From NCBI GenBank assembly GCA_902589825.1, contig CACIUL010000010.1, positions 116-64,115 of the forward strand: a stretch of 64,000 nt of DNA, given 5' to 3'. A program made the translations under genes and the position numbers. This document shows, piece by piece, positions 18,122 through 30,256 of this stretch (position 1 is the first letter of the stretch; each line of letters begins with the position of its first letter). The DNA comes from an uncultured Verrucomicrobiota bacterium (GTDB lineage Bacteria > Verrucomicrobiota > Verrucomicrobiia > Verrucomicrobiales > DEV007). The notes beneath the pieces were generated by a model. The model did not search any database and was not told the origin of the DNA. It saw nothing but the letters and a program-made list of their open reading frames with translations.

Positions 18122-19523
18122 TACGTTAAAAAGACGGGCATTCCTTGGCAATACGGCAGGCATTTTCGGTCCCGCAGCCCTCGGTTCCCTGCTCTCTGGG
18201 GATGCCCGGGGGCAGTCTTCCCTGAAGCAAGCAATGCCGCCGGGAAAGGCAAGGCGTGTCATTTCACTCTTCCAGTCAGGCGGGCCTTCACAAATGGACC
18301 TCTTCGACCCAAAACCGCAAATCGAGAAAGAACGCGGCAAGGAACTTCCGGAATCAATACGTGGCAAGCAGAGGATCACCACGATGACCTCAAAGCAGAA
18401 ATCCCTGCCGGTAACCCCTGCTATGTTCAAGTTTGCAAGGCATGGCAAAAGCGGAATGGAGCTCAGTGAGCTGCTGCCAAGGCTCGGGCATGTGGCTGAT
18501 GACATCTGCCTGGTGCGCTCCATGCATACCGAGGCAATCAATCATGACCCGGCCATTACCTTTTTCCAGACCGGGTTCCAGCTTGCGGGGCGGCCCAGTA
18601 TAGGGTCATGGGTTTCGTATGGGCTCGGCGCCCTGAACAGGAACCTTCCAGCCTATGTGGTAATGACCTCAAGGGCCACTGCAGGTGGGGCACAACCACT
18701 GTATAGCCGCCTCTGGAGCTCGGGTTTCTTGCCCACGGAGCACTCCGGGGTCAAGCTGCGCAACACCAAGGAGCCGGTGTACTTCCTGGAGAATCCCCCC
18801 GGTATAGACCACGCCACAAGAAGAAACATGCTGGACAATGTAGCAGCACTAAACCGCCAGCAACACGCTCAAATCGGTGACCCTGAGATCCAGTCACGAA
18901 TCGCGCAGTATGAGATGGCATTCCGCATGCAGACCAGTGTGCCGGAATTGGCAGATATCTCCAATGAGCCCGATCATGTGCTCAAACTCTATGGCCCGGA
19001 TGTCAAGAAGCCCGGCAGCTATGCACGCAACTGCCTGCTGGCCCGGCGTCTGGCGGAACGTGATGTCCGCTTCATCCAGTTATTCCACATGGGCTGGGAT
19101 CAGCATTCCAAGCTCGCAGAGGCCCTTCCGCGACAATGCCGTGACACCGACCATGGCACCGCCGGGCTCATTCAGGACCTCAAACAGCGGGGCATGCTGG
19201 ATGACACCCTCATTGTCTGGGGAGGAGAATTCGGCCGTACCATCTATGCTCAGGACCCCGGAAAAAACGCGGGGCGCGACCATCACCCGCGCTGTTTTTC
19301 GACCTGGCTTGCAGGAGCAGGTCTGCAGAAAGGTCACGTGCACGGGGCAACAGATGACTACTGCTACAACATCACCCGTGACCCGGTGCATGTGCATGAC
19401 CTGAATGCGACAATCCTGCACTTAATGGGCATTGACCACGAGCAATTGACCTACAAGCATCAGGGACGCAATTACCGGCTAACCGATGTCCACGGCAGGG
19501 TGGTTGATCAAATCCTTGCCTGA
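18081..19523 (+). CDS. Tat-exported DUF1501 (sulfatase/alkaline-phosphatase-superfamily-like) protein
   Basis: Tat signal MNDRNRNQLMRAANTLKRRAFLGNTAG. It is the standard partner of the upstream PSCyt/DUF1553 gene. The start is ambiguous (ATGs at 18036, 18063, 18072 and 18081). Confidence 0.75.
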   Translation: MNDRNRNQLMRAANTLKRRAFLGNTAGIFGPAALGSLLSGDARGQSSLKQAMPPGKARRVISLFQSGGPSQMDLFDPKPQIEKERGKELPESIRGKQRITTMTSKQKSLPVTPAMFKFARHGKSGMELSELLPRLGHVADDICLVRSMHTEAINHDPAITFFQTGFQLAGRPSIGSWVSYGLGALNRNLPAYVVMTSRATAGGAQPLYSRLWSSGFLPTEHSGVKLRNTKEPVYFLENPPGIDHATRRNMLDNVAALNRQQHAQIGDPEIQSRIAQYEMAFRMQTSVPELADISNEPDHVLKLYGPDVKKPGSYARNCLLARRLAERDVRFIQLFHMGWDQHSKLAEALPRQCRDTDHGTAGLIQDLKQRGMLDDTLIVWGGEFGRTIYAQDPGKNAGRDHHPRCFSTWLAGAGLQKGHVHGATDDYCYNITRDPVHVHDLNATILHLMGIDHEQLTYKHQGRNYRLTDVHGRVVDQILA

Positions 19524-19551
19524 TCGGGTCTCACACTGCCCGGGCTAGCCC

Positions 19552-20805
19552 CTACTCTTCACCAATGCAGTAGAGTTTTTCCTGCCGCACACCCCCGCCC
19601 ATCTCGGCAACACGGGCATAAATCCGGCCCCCGCAGATAACCGGCGTGGCAAACACCTGGTCGCCCAGCTTGTTTTTCGCCAAAACCTTGAAGCTCTTTG
19701 GGTCCGCCTTGAAAACAGAGAAATTACCCTGTTCATCGACAGCATAAATACGATCACCAACCATTACCGGCGACGCACTTGTCGTGCGGTTGAGCCGCTC
19801 TTTCCACATCTGCTTGCCGCTATCAGACTGCCAGCACATGGCATTGCCATTGTCCATGACAGCAAAAAGATAACCATCCCTGACCAGCATGGAGGGCACA
19901 TAGACACGGCTGATGTTCTCCCAGACCACTTCCCCTGAGCCATCCGCCTTCATGGCACAGACATGATTGCGGGGATAGCCGCCACTGGTGAAAACATGCA
20001 CTCCATCAGTGACGATTGAGCTGACACACTCAGTGGTGGCACCTTTTACCTGCCACCGCTTTTTGCCATTGGCAGGATCATAACTGGAAACCAGGTTACA
20101 CCCCTGGAAAATCAGCTGATCAAGGTCATTGATACGGTAAATAACCGGCGAGGCATAGTTGGGGTACTTAGGGCGATCAATCCTCCAGACGACACTGCCA
20201 TCAGTCCTTTTCAGGCCGCAGACGGCTCCTCCTCCCTTGTTGTCCGCCGAAACGATGAGCAGTGATTGATAGATGGCAGGTGAGGTGGCAAATCCCTGGT
20301 GAAGGATATAGTCGGTGATCTTGGTTTGCCAGAGCTGCTTGCCTTTGAGATCAAATGCCGTGGTATAAACCGCGCCGGCATGCAGGAAACTAATGAAGAC
20401 ACTCCTGCCATCACAGGCCGGCGTCGAAGAGGCATTACTCGCCTTCTTGTTGGACTTCTTTGGAAACCCGTCACGATGCACAACCCTCTCCCAGATGATC
20501 CTGCCGGTATCACGATCGATGCAGATCAATGACTGCGTCCTGGACTTCTCATCCGCTGTCGCCAGGAAAATATTTCTCCCATGAATGATGGGTGAACCAT
20601 GTCCGCGCCCGGGTATTGGAACGAACCACCGCACCTTTTCCGTCGCGCTGAACTTTAAAGGCGGCATTCTGGTGGCATCGGCAATGCCATCATGCCGCAC
20701 CCCACGCCACTGCGGCCAGTCTTCGGCCTTCGCGGAGCCGGCATGGAAGGCAGGCCAGGCAACTGCCATAAAGATCAACTGTTTTAAACGCATCCGGGTA
20801 AACAT
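19552..20805 (-). CDS. PQQ-like beta-propeller repeat protein (BamB-like fold), secreted
   Basis: Internal start gives signal peptide MFTRMRLKQLIFMAVAWPAFHAGSAKA followed by EDWPQWRG. Propeller-type repeats continue throughout. Confidence 0.65.
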   Translation of the reverse strand: MFTRMRLKQLIFMAVAWPAFHAGSAKAEDWPQWRGVRHDGIADATRMPPLKFSATEKVRWFVPIPGRGHGSPIIHGRNIFLATADEKSRTQSLICIDRDTGRIIWERVVHRDGFPKKSNKKASNASSTPACDGRSVFISFLHAGAVYTTAFDLKGKQLWQTKITDYILHQGFATSPAIYQSLLIVSADNKGGGAVCGLKRTDGSVVWRIDRPKYPNYASPVIYRINDLDQLIFQGCNLVSSYDPANGKKRWQVKGATTECVSSIVTDGVHVFTSGGYPRNHVCAMKADGSGEVVWENISRVYVPSMLVRDGYLFAVMDNGNAMCWQSDSGKQMWKERLNRTTSASPVMVGDRIYAVDEQGNFSVFKADPKSFKVLAKNKLGDQVFATPVICGGRIYARVAEMGGGVRQEKLYCIGEE

Positions 20806-20837
20806 CCTGTTACAGTAACCGGAACTATCCACCTCCT

Positions 20838-21458
20838 TCAACCCGCAACTTTTCCGGCAATCCATCGCTTGAACTGCTCAAGGGCACGACCACGGTGACT
20901 CATGCTGTTTTTTACTTCGCCGGAGAGCTCACCAAACGTCTCGCAATACCCATCCGGTATAAAGAGCGAATCATAACCAAATCCCCGTTCTCCTTTCTCA
21001 GTTTCGGCAATGCTCCCCTCAACGCTGCCCTCAAAAACCGTGACTTTCTCCGCGCCACGAGCCAACACCATGACACAGCGAAAGCGGGCATCGCGTGATT
21101 GCTCCCCGGAATCGGTTTGCTGCATTTGCTCCAGCAGTTTCTCACGGTTCTCCGCATCACTGGCGCCTGCTCCGGCGTAGCGTGCGGAATAGACCCCGGG
21201 GTGACCGCCAAGGGCATCAACCTCCAGCCCGGAATCATCAGACAGGACCCAGGTACTCTCTCCGAGAACCCTGGACACTGACAGGGCCTTAATCGAGGCA
21301 TTCTCCTCAAAAGTCTCCCCCGTTTCCTCAATTTCCCCGATTTCCGGATACGCAGACAAGTCCTCAACTGAGCTCACCAGATCACCCAGAATACGGCGAA
21401 TCTCGGCAGTCTTGTGAGCATTGCCGGTTGCAATAACCAACCGCAGGAGCCTTGTCAT
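20838..21458 (-). CDS. rdgB: dITP/XTP pyrophosphatase (Ham1/RdgB family)
   Basis: Start at the internal ATG 21458 gives MTRLLRLVIATGNAHKTAEI. Motifs GFGYDSLFIP and SHRGRA are present. The longer ORF start would run into the leuS promoter and coding region. Confidence 0.85.
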   Translation of the reverse strand: MTRLLRLVIATGNAHKTAEIRRILGDLVSSVEDLSAYPEIGEIEETGETFEENASIKALSVSRVLGESTWVLSDDSGLEVDALGGHPGVYSARYAGAGASDAENREKLLEQMQQTDSGEQSRDARFRCVMVLARGAEKVTVFEGSVEGSIAETEKGERGFGYDSLFIPDGYCETFGELSGEVKNSMSHRGRALEQFKRWIAGKVAG

Positions 21459-21515
21459 AAAAATTATATGGTTATCTCGTGATTTGGGCCTAAATAACAC
21501 AGCACTGCTAACCCA

Positions 21516-24140
<2,625 letters not shown>

Positions 24141-24191
24141 TGCCTTTTTGCCCAGTGTAGCGGGTTAATTCACTATTACCGTCATCTGGTT

Positions 24192-24473
24192 TCAACCGGT
24201 AATGGAGAAACCTTTTAAATCCTGCATTTCCGACAGCGGGATCTCTTCCTCGAGACACTCAAGGATATGGTGAGACAAGTTTGATTCATCACGTATCTCC
24301 TGCAAAAACGCCTCCACCTCCTCCACTTCCCCCATGGCACAAAGCTCTACCCTGCCATCTCCCAGGTTGCGTACCGTGCCAACCACATCAAAGCCCATCG
24401 CCAGTTGCTTTGTCCCATAGCGGAAACCCACGCCCTGCACGCGGCCTGCAAAGAACACTTTTTTGGCAATCAT
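24192..24473 (-). CDS. acyP: Acylphosphatase
   Basis: 93 aa with motif GRVQGVGFRY. Its ATG overlaps the stop of the upstream gene (ATGA at 24470-24473). Confidence 0.8.
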   Translation of the reverse strand: MIAKKVFFAGRVQGVGFRYGTKQLAMGFDVVGTVRNLGDGRVELCAMGEVEEVEAFLQEIRDESNLSHHILECLEEEIPLSEMQDLKGFSITG

Positions 24474-26089
24474 GGTTTTTGTTCGCCGGAATCCGCACTG
24501 GCGGCAGGTTCCGGAAACTTCTCCAGGAGTGCCCGGCCAAATTCCCCTGATGCAGCATCAATTACCCTGACCTGGTTCCCTTTCAGTTGGCGAACCGAGA
24601 CATAACGCTGCGATTTGCCAGCCCCTGGCTGCCCACCGGATTTCCTCCGGAAGGCAAGTGAGCGGGTGATGGCGTCAGCAAACTCCTTCGCATCTTCCGC
24701 CGTGCTCCACTGGCTGCGCCAGTAAACGTGGTCAGAGCCAACTTCACCATCTGCGCTGGGATATACCAGATAGCGGTCACCATACCATCCTGCAGCAGCC
24801 TTGGATCCATCCCGGGCAGAAAAATGCTCAATGCCCTTGGATACCAGCTCAGGCATGTCCAGGATATCAGGCTGTCCAAGCTCAGCCATCTGCTCAAGAA
24901 AATCGCTCTGATTAAGCAAGAGGGCAATGGCCAGTTCTCCGGCAACATTGTTCCATATTGGCTGCAAACCGGCAACGGCAAGCGCGTTGATGTCCCAGTG
25001 AAACGGCTCCGGATTAAATGGCTTTTCGGACAGGTATAATTCGGGGTGCAGGATCTGCGCCGTGCTTTTTGGAGGACTGTCGAGTCCCTTGTTGATCCTC
25101 TGCCACCTTCCTTCCTCATGCAGTTTCTGGCAAAACCCATCACCGAGTGAGAAGGGGAAAAGATAATATTCACGCACAAAGGCGGGAATCCTCTCAAACT
25201 GCTCACGGGTCATCTTGGTCGCACTCTGGAGGAACTGATCAGCACCCGGTGTATTATCCTGCAATTGAAAGCGTATCTTGACGAGGCTGGAATCCCCAAC
25301 GGCTACCGCCCAAAGAGCCTGTCTGGCATCATCGTTGTATGGCCATTGCTTAAGTGCGGGCAGCAAGTCAAAGTGCTGGTCCTGCAGGGCACGGGTAATC
25401 TCAATGGCCAGGGCAGTGCGGTCATTGGCACTGTTTGTTGTGCCTTTGCTGTTAAAGAGAACCGTGTCATCCCCGGAATAAAATGCAGCGCCAAGCTGGC
25501 CCTCAAGTAAATCCAGCATCCTGGCTCGCACATCCGTCTCCGGACTGACAAAGCCCATTGCTGCATAGGCGCGGGACTGTGTTGCCGCGTTTTCAGGGGT
25601 AACAAGGCCGGAGCCATTGGCCAATGCCTCCCGCATCCCGTCCTCCTCGGTAAACCGAAAGCGCAATGGTCTCTTGAGGGACAGTTCACGAATTGCGAGT
25701 GTCAACTCACGGCTGCTCTTGCGCCGGTCCAGTTCATCATCCGTCCAGTCCCTAGCCTGATCTGCCGATGCATCCCCGTTACGCAAACCGGCAAGGCGTA
25801 ACTCCAGCCGATCCTTCTGGCGAATCAGGTCGGCATTGCTGTCACGCTCGATATCCAGCTGGCGACGCAGGTTCCGGTTTTCATCTTCAAGACGAACTGT
25901 CTCAGCCTTGCTGTTTTCCAGGTCCTTCTCAAGGAATCCGAAATCACTGCGGCCCTGACGGGTAATCTCGGCAATCTTCTCACTACTGGACTTAAGGGCC
26001 CCGTTGCGTTCATTGATCCCCCAGAATATGCCCACCACAGCCAGCCCGAGAGCCAGAAGAATTGACAAAAGAGCCGCTGAAGAATTCAT
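24470..26089 (-). CDS. Hypothetical membrane-anchored coiled-coil protein with an uncharacterised extracytoplasmic domain of about 400 aa
   Basis: 539 aa. N-terminal TM helix (LLSILLALGLAVVGIFWGI), a heptad-like charged segment (ENSKAETVRLEDENRNLRRQLDIERDSNADLIRQKDRLELRL), then a large domain I cannot assign. Confidence 0.6.
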   Translation of the reverse strand: MNSSAALLSILLALGLAVVGIFWGINERNGALKSSSEKIAEITRQGRSDFGFLEKDLENSKAETVRLEDENRNLRRQLDIERDSNADLIRQKDRLELRLAGLRNGDASADQARDWTDDELDRRKSSRELTLAIRELSLKRPLRFRFTEEDGMREALANGSGLVTPENAATQSRAYAAMGFVSPETDVRARMLDLLEGQLGAAFYSGDDTVLFNSKGTTNSANDRTALAIEITRALQDQHFDLLPALKQWPYNDDARQALWAVAVGDSSLVKIRFQLQDNTPGADQFLQSATKMTREQFERIPAFVREYYLFPFSLGDGFCQKLHEEGRWQRINKGLDSPPKSTAQILHPELYLSEKPFNPEPFHWDINALAVAGLQPIWNNVAGELAIALLLNQSDFLEQMAELGQPDILDMPELVSKGIEHFSARDGSKAAAGWYGDRYLVYPSADGEVGSDHVYWRSQWSTAEDAKEFADAITRSLAFRRKSGGQPGAGKSQRYVSVRQLKGNQVRVIDAASGEFGRALLEKFPEPAASADSGEQKP

Positions 26090-26122
26090 CAGATCAACTG
26101 GTGGGTAACCAGTGCAACCGCG

Positions 26123-26800
26123 CTACTTGCGAGACTTGAAGATACGAAACCGGCGCTTGGGTTTCCTGTCCTCCTGCCCGTCGGTTTTGGTCCCGGGATA
26201 CTGGACAGCCCCGGAATTCAACCGAATCGTTGACCCGTCCCTGGAACGGACAAGCTTCCCTGAAACATCACTGTTCCCGGCACTGTTAGCCGCTGCAGGG
26301 GAATAGGCATGGTTTGAAGTTGTGCTCAGGGCCGTGGCATCATCCAGGGGTACCAGGTCACCTATGGGACGTCCATTCTGGTAGGTAGCGCAAAACGGCT
26401 TGGATTTTCCAAACCGGTCATACTGGTACATCAAGCGCCTTACGAGCTTTCCCTGTGCATTATATACGCGCTCTTCCTGTGCCTTGCCCTCGCTGTTGTA
26501 TATAAATTCACTGGTGAAAAGCAGATTGTTCTGGCCGTCGTAAACCCGTCCCTTCCTCTCACGGCCGAATTGATCCAGGACAAACTCGCTGCGCATAACC
26601 AGCGTATCATTACGCCGCTTGGTTTCGCGGATCAGGCTGCGGGAATGACGGTCACGGGCAGTTGTCGTATAGGTACCATCCTTATGGATCACGGTGCGCG
26701 ATGTCTGGTCGGCATCATCGTCATATGCCCCGGGGGGCAATGCCTTGACCATCAATGGCAGGATGGTAATAAACGCAGCGGAAAGGACAAACGTCTTCAT
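26123..26800 (-). CDS. Small secreted protein with YD/RHS-like repeats and a basic C-terminal tail
   Basis: Internal ATG at 26800 gives signal peptide MKTFVLSAAFITILPLMVKA. Repeats are GRVYDGQNNLLFTSEFIYNSEGK, ERVYNAQGKLVRRLMYQYDRFGK. The tail is KPKRRFRIFKSRK. Confidence 0.5.
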   Translation of the reverse strand: MKTFVLSAAFITILPLMVKALPPGAYDDDADQTSRTVIHKDGTYTTTARDRHSRSLIRETKRRNDTLVMRSEFVLDQFGRERKGRVYDGQNNLLFTSEFIYNSEGKAQEERVYNAQGKLVRRLMYQYDRFGKSKPFCATYQNGRPIGDLVPLDDATALSTTSNHAYSPAAANSAGNSDVSGKLVRSRDGSTIRLNSGAVQYPGTKTDGQEDRKPKRRFRIFKSRK

Positions 26801-26837
26801 GATTTGAGTTGAGGGTATTACAGGGGAAGAATAGAAT

Positions 26838-27719
26838 ATGGCACACCATACGGCAAGCAGCAAAACAGAACCCGAGGCCAATATCTGGTCGGTAGGAAGC
26901 CGCAACATTGACCTGTCGCGTGCCGGGATGATCATGGGTATTGTCAATGTAACCCCTGATTCGTTTTCAGACGGGGGTTATTTCCAGGATAGCGGGGCAG
27001 CGACAGACCGTGCATTGGCACTGGAAGAAGAAGGTGCAGCCATCATCGATTTCGGCGGGGAATCCACCCGCCCCGGTGCTGCTGAAGTAACCGTGAATGA
27101 TGAACTAATGCGGGTCCTGCCGCCAATTGAAGAATTTGCCTCCCGGCGCAGGCCAAAAACCCTGATTTCAATCGACACGTCAAAACCGGAAGTTGCATCA
27201 GCAGCCCTGGAAGCAGGAGCCGACATCATCAATGACGTCACCGGTTTTTCCAATCCCGAGATGCGCTCAGTTGCCGCTGGTTCAAATTGCGGAATGGTAC
27301 TCATGCACATGCTTGGTACCCCCCGCAATATGCAGAAGGATCCACAATACGGAAATGTCACCAGGGAAGTAATGTCATACTGGAGGCAACAATTGGCCCT
27401 GTGCGCACAGGATGGCATCGCTACTCAACGCGTGGTTCTTGATCCTGGGATCGGGTTTGGGAAATCCCTTTCACACAATCTGGACCTCCTGAAGGCGCTG
27501 CCTGAAATGCAGCACTCAGGCAGACCCCTGTTAATGGGTGTTTCCCGGAAATCATTCATCGCCACCCTGGTGGGCAAAGAAGGGATCGCGAACAGGGAAT
27601 GGCCAACTGTGGCATTAAGCGCTTACCTCAGGCAACAGGGTGCCGCAATACTGCGTGTGCATGACCCGCAACCCAACCTGCAGGCCATGCGCATGAGCGA
27701 AGCAATCCTCCACGGATAA
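26838..27719 (+). CDS. folP: Dihydropteroate synthase
   Basis: Motifs IMGIVNVTPDSFSDGG, IIDFGGESTRPGA and LDPGIGFGK. Confidence 0.9.
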   Translation: MAHHTASSKTEPEANIWSVGSRNIDLSRAGMIMGIVNVTPDSFSDGGYFQDSGAATDRALALEEEGAAIIDFGGESTRPGAAEVTVNDELMRVLPPIEEFASRRRPKTLISIDTSKPEVASAALEAGADIINDVTGFSNPEMRSVAAGSNCGMVLMHMLGTPRNMQKDPQYGNVTREVMSYWRQQLALCAQDGIATQRVVLDPGIGFGKSLSHNLDLLKALPEMQHSGRPLLMGVSRKSFIATLVGKEGIANREWPTVALSAYLRQQGAAILRVHDPQPNLQAMRMSEAILHG

Positions 27720-27809
27720 ACGATGCCACAGAAGTGTTTAATGCTTATCTTTTTCATGATGCATTACAGGAGGGATGTTTTGCGCTATATTGGCAGTCGC
27801 TAACAATAC

Positions 27810-28691
27810 GTGTCTGAAATCCTACAGTCTATCCGTGAGCATTTGCCGCTGGCCATTGAGATCCTCCTCGTCTCTATCGTCATGTATTTTGTCCTGCGCC
27901 GGTTCATGACACGCAACTGGGCCCGCCTGCTCACATTGCTGGTCACCATCCTGATCCTCCTTTTGCTGGCATCCTATGCCTTTGACCTGGTCGTGATCCG
28001 CTGGCTGGTCTTCAGCTTTGCTGGCTGCTTTGCCATATCCATCATGATTGCCTTTCAACCGGAAGTGCGAAGGGCAATGGCAGACCTTGGCAGCCGTGGA
28101 TTTTTGTTCTTCTCTGAGGGGAAAAACAAGGAATTTATAGATAACCTAGCCGATACCGTCCGCCAGCTCGGGGCAAAACGTTACGGCGCTCTCTTTGCCA
28201 TTGAACGGGGAATCGAGCTCAATGCCCATCTTGAAACAGGGGTCAAGATTGATGCCAGGTTTTCCCCGGAACTCCTGCTCACGATTTTCCATCCAAAAAC
28301 CACTCTGCATGACGGTGCTGTGATCCTCCGTGAAGGCAAGGTTATCAGTGCCGCCTGTGTCCTGCCGTTGAGCCAAAAAGAAATTGGCGACCATAGTATA
28401 GGCCTGCGGCACCGTGCGGGGCTTGGATTAACAGAGGAATCGGATGCCATCGCAATTATCGTATCTGAAGAAACAGGGGAACTCTCACTTGCCCATGCAG
28501 GAGAACTGGAACGCGGCCTTGAGCCTGAAGCATTCCACAAGCGCCTCCTTGAATTGCTCGAAGTGGAAAGGGAAAACGAGAATGCGCCGGAACCAATCGC
28601 CAGTGCGGCGGATCCTCCCAAGCCCAAACGCACAAAAACCAGTGCAAAAAACAAGCCGCCTGACAATAATATTTCCGCCCATAAAGCCTGA
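27810..28691 (+). CDS. cdaA: Diadenylate cyclase (c-di-AMP synthase) CdaA
   Basis: GTG start and three N-terminal TM helices. DAC-domain motifs are GALFAIE, TLHDGAVILREGKV, GLRHRAGLGLTEESDA and IIVSEETGELSLA. It ends in a Lys/Pro-rich C-terminal tail. Confidence 0.85.
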   Translation: MSEILQSIREHLPLAIEILLVSIVMYFVLRRFMTRNWARLLTLLVTILILLLLASYAFDLVVIRWLVFSFAGCFAISIMIAFQPEVRRAMADLGSRGFLFFSEGKNKEFIDNLADTVRQLGAKRYGALFAIERGIELNAHLETGVKIDARFSPELLLTIFHPKTTLHDGAVILREGKVISAACVLPLSQKEIGDHSIGLRHRAGLGLTEESDAIAIIVSEETGELSLAHAGELERGLEPEAFHKRLLELLEVERENENAPEPIASAADPPKPKRTKTSAKNKPPDNNISAHKA

Positions 28692-28771
28692 TTGGCCTCT
28701 ACTTTTTCACCCGCAAGTCATTCAGCTTCCCGGTTCAATTGCTGAAACTTTCCAGCCAGTTATCATGTTGT

Positions 28772-30160
28772 ATGTCAAACCCTGAGAAATTCTTCGGTAC
28801 AGACGGGGTTCGTGGCCGCGTAAATACCGGCGCCATCACGCCCGGCAAAGCGCTCCTCCTTGGCCAGGTTATTGCCTCCCGGTTAAGCCCTCTGCAGGGC
28901 AATACCCCGGCCCCTCCCTTACACGCGGTCATTGGCAAGGACTCACGGCGAAGCGGGGATATGCTCGAGAACGCCATCGCCTCGGGACTTCATTCCGTTG
29001 GCATGGACGTCATGCTCGCTGGAGTGGTCCCCACACCTGCTATATCAATGCTGGTCAGGGAAACCGGGGCGAACCTTGGGGTCGTCATCTCCGCCTCCCA
29101 TAACCCTCCAGAGGATAACGGGATCAAGTTCTTCGGGGCTGATGGTTATAAGCTCTCTGATGAGCAGGAAACGGAAATTGGCTCATTCATGCTCTCAGGA
29201 GAGCAATTGCCTCAAAGCAGCCTCGCAGACAATGCAATGATCGGCCGCAGCAGAATCCTGCCGGATGCCGCAAGCCGCTACATCTCCATGGCCGTATCCT
29301 CATTTTCGCAGGATGCCGGCAATAAGCCGCTCAAGGGAATTAAAATAAGCCTGGATACAGCAAACGGGGCATCATCAAGCACCAGCCCACAGATTCTCGA
29401 GAACCTCGGCGCAAACCTCGTGACGCATTTTAACACCCCCAGTGGCGAAAACATCAATGTCAATTGCGGCTGCACCCATCCCGGTATCATCGCAGAGAAA
29501 GTCAAAAGTGACGGGTCCGATGTCGGCATATCGCATGACGGGGATGCTGATCGTATCCTGATGTGTGACGAGAATGCCAATCCTGTTGATGGTGACGAGC
29601 TGATGGCACTCATCGGTTGTCACCTCCTGCAAAAAGGCGAAATGGCAGCCAAAACACTGGTTGCCACGAAAATGAGCAATCTGGGCCTAGACGAGTGCAT
29701 TGCCAAACATGGAGGCAGGACTGAACGCACTGAAATTGGTGACCGCCACGTGATCAACCGCATGCGGCAAATAGGGGCTAATTTCGGCGGCGAGCAAAGT
29801 GGCCATATTATCTGCCGTGACCATAACACCACCGGGGACGGTATCCTGGCCGCCCTGGCGGCACTGCAGGTGATGCAGGAAACGGGAAAACCTCTTTCAG
29901 AATTGCGCCGGGTCTTGCGCAAATTCCCGAGTAAACTTATCAACGTCCCGGTTTCATCAAAACCGGAAATCTCAACCCTGAAAGCTGCGAAACTGATTGC
30001 CCAGACAGAAAAAGAACTCGGTGAAACAGGCCGGGTGCTGGTTCGATACTCTGGCACAGGCCCAAAAATGCGCATCCTTGTCGAGGGAAAGGACGAAAGC
30101 CGCATTGCCTGCCGGGCAGAAGAAATCGCTGAAGCAGTAACCGAACAGATTGGCCTCTAG
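28772..30160 (+). CDS. glmM: Phosphoglucosamine mutase
   Basis: Starts MSNPEKFFGTDGVRG. Active-site loop ISASHNPPEDNGIKF and Mg site HDGDADR are present. Confidence 0.9.
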   Translation: MSNPEKFFGTDGVRGRVNTGAITPGKALLLGQVIASRLSPLQGNTPAPPLHAVIGKDSRRSGDMLENAIASGLHSVGMDVMLAGVVPTPAISMLVRETGANLGVVISASHNPPEDNGIKFFGADGYKLSDEQETEIGSFMLSGEQLPQSSLADNAMIGRSRILPDAASRYISMAVSSFSQDAGNKPLKGIKISLDTANGASSSTSPQILENLGANLVTHFNTPSGENINVNCGCTHPGIIAEKVKSDGSDVGISHDGDADRILMCDENANPVDGDELMALIGCHLLQKGEMAAKTLVATKMSNLGLDECIAKHGGRTERTEIGDRHVINRMRQIGANFGGEQSGHIICRDHNTTGDGILAALAALQVMQETGKPLSELRRVLRKFPSKLINVPVSSKPEISTLKAAKLIAQTEKELGETGRVLVRYSGTGPKMRILVEGKDESRIACRAEEIAEAVTEQIGL

Positions 30161-30256
30161 CCACTCTTGACTTTACCTGTAAGATTGGCATCAATCACTC
30201 AGAATGAATCCGGGTAAAGCTGTTATGCATCCGGATAAACCTCTCTTCTCAGGACA

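Noticed and set aside
24473-24523. PEP motif near the C-terminus of the 539-aa protein (EKFPEPAASADSGEQKP)
   Set aside because: No TM helix or Arg cluster follows, so it is not a PEP-CTERM sorting signal.
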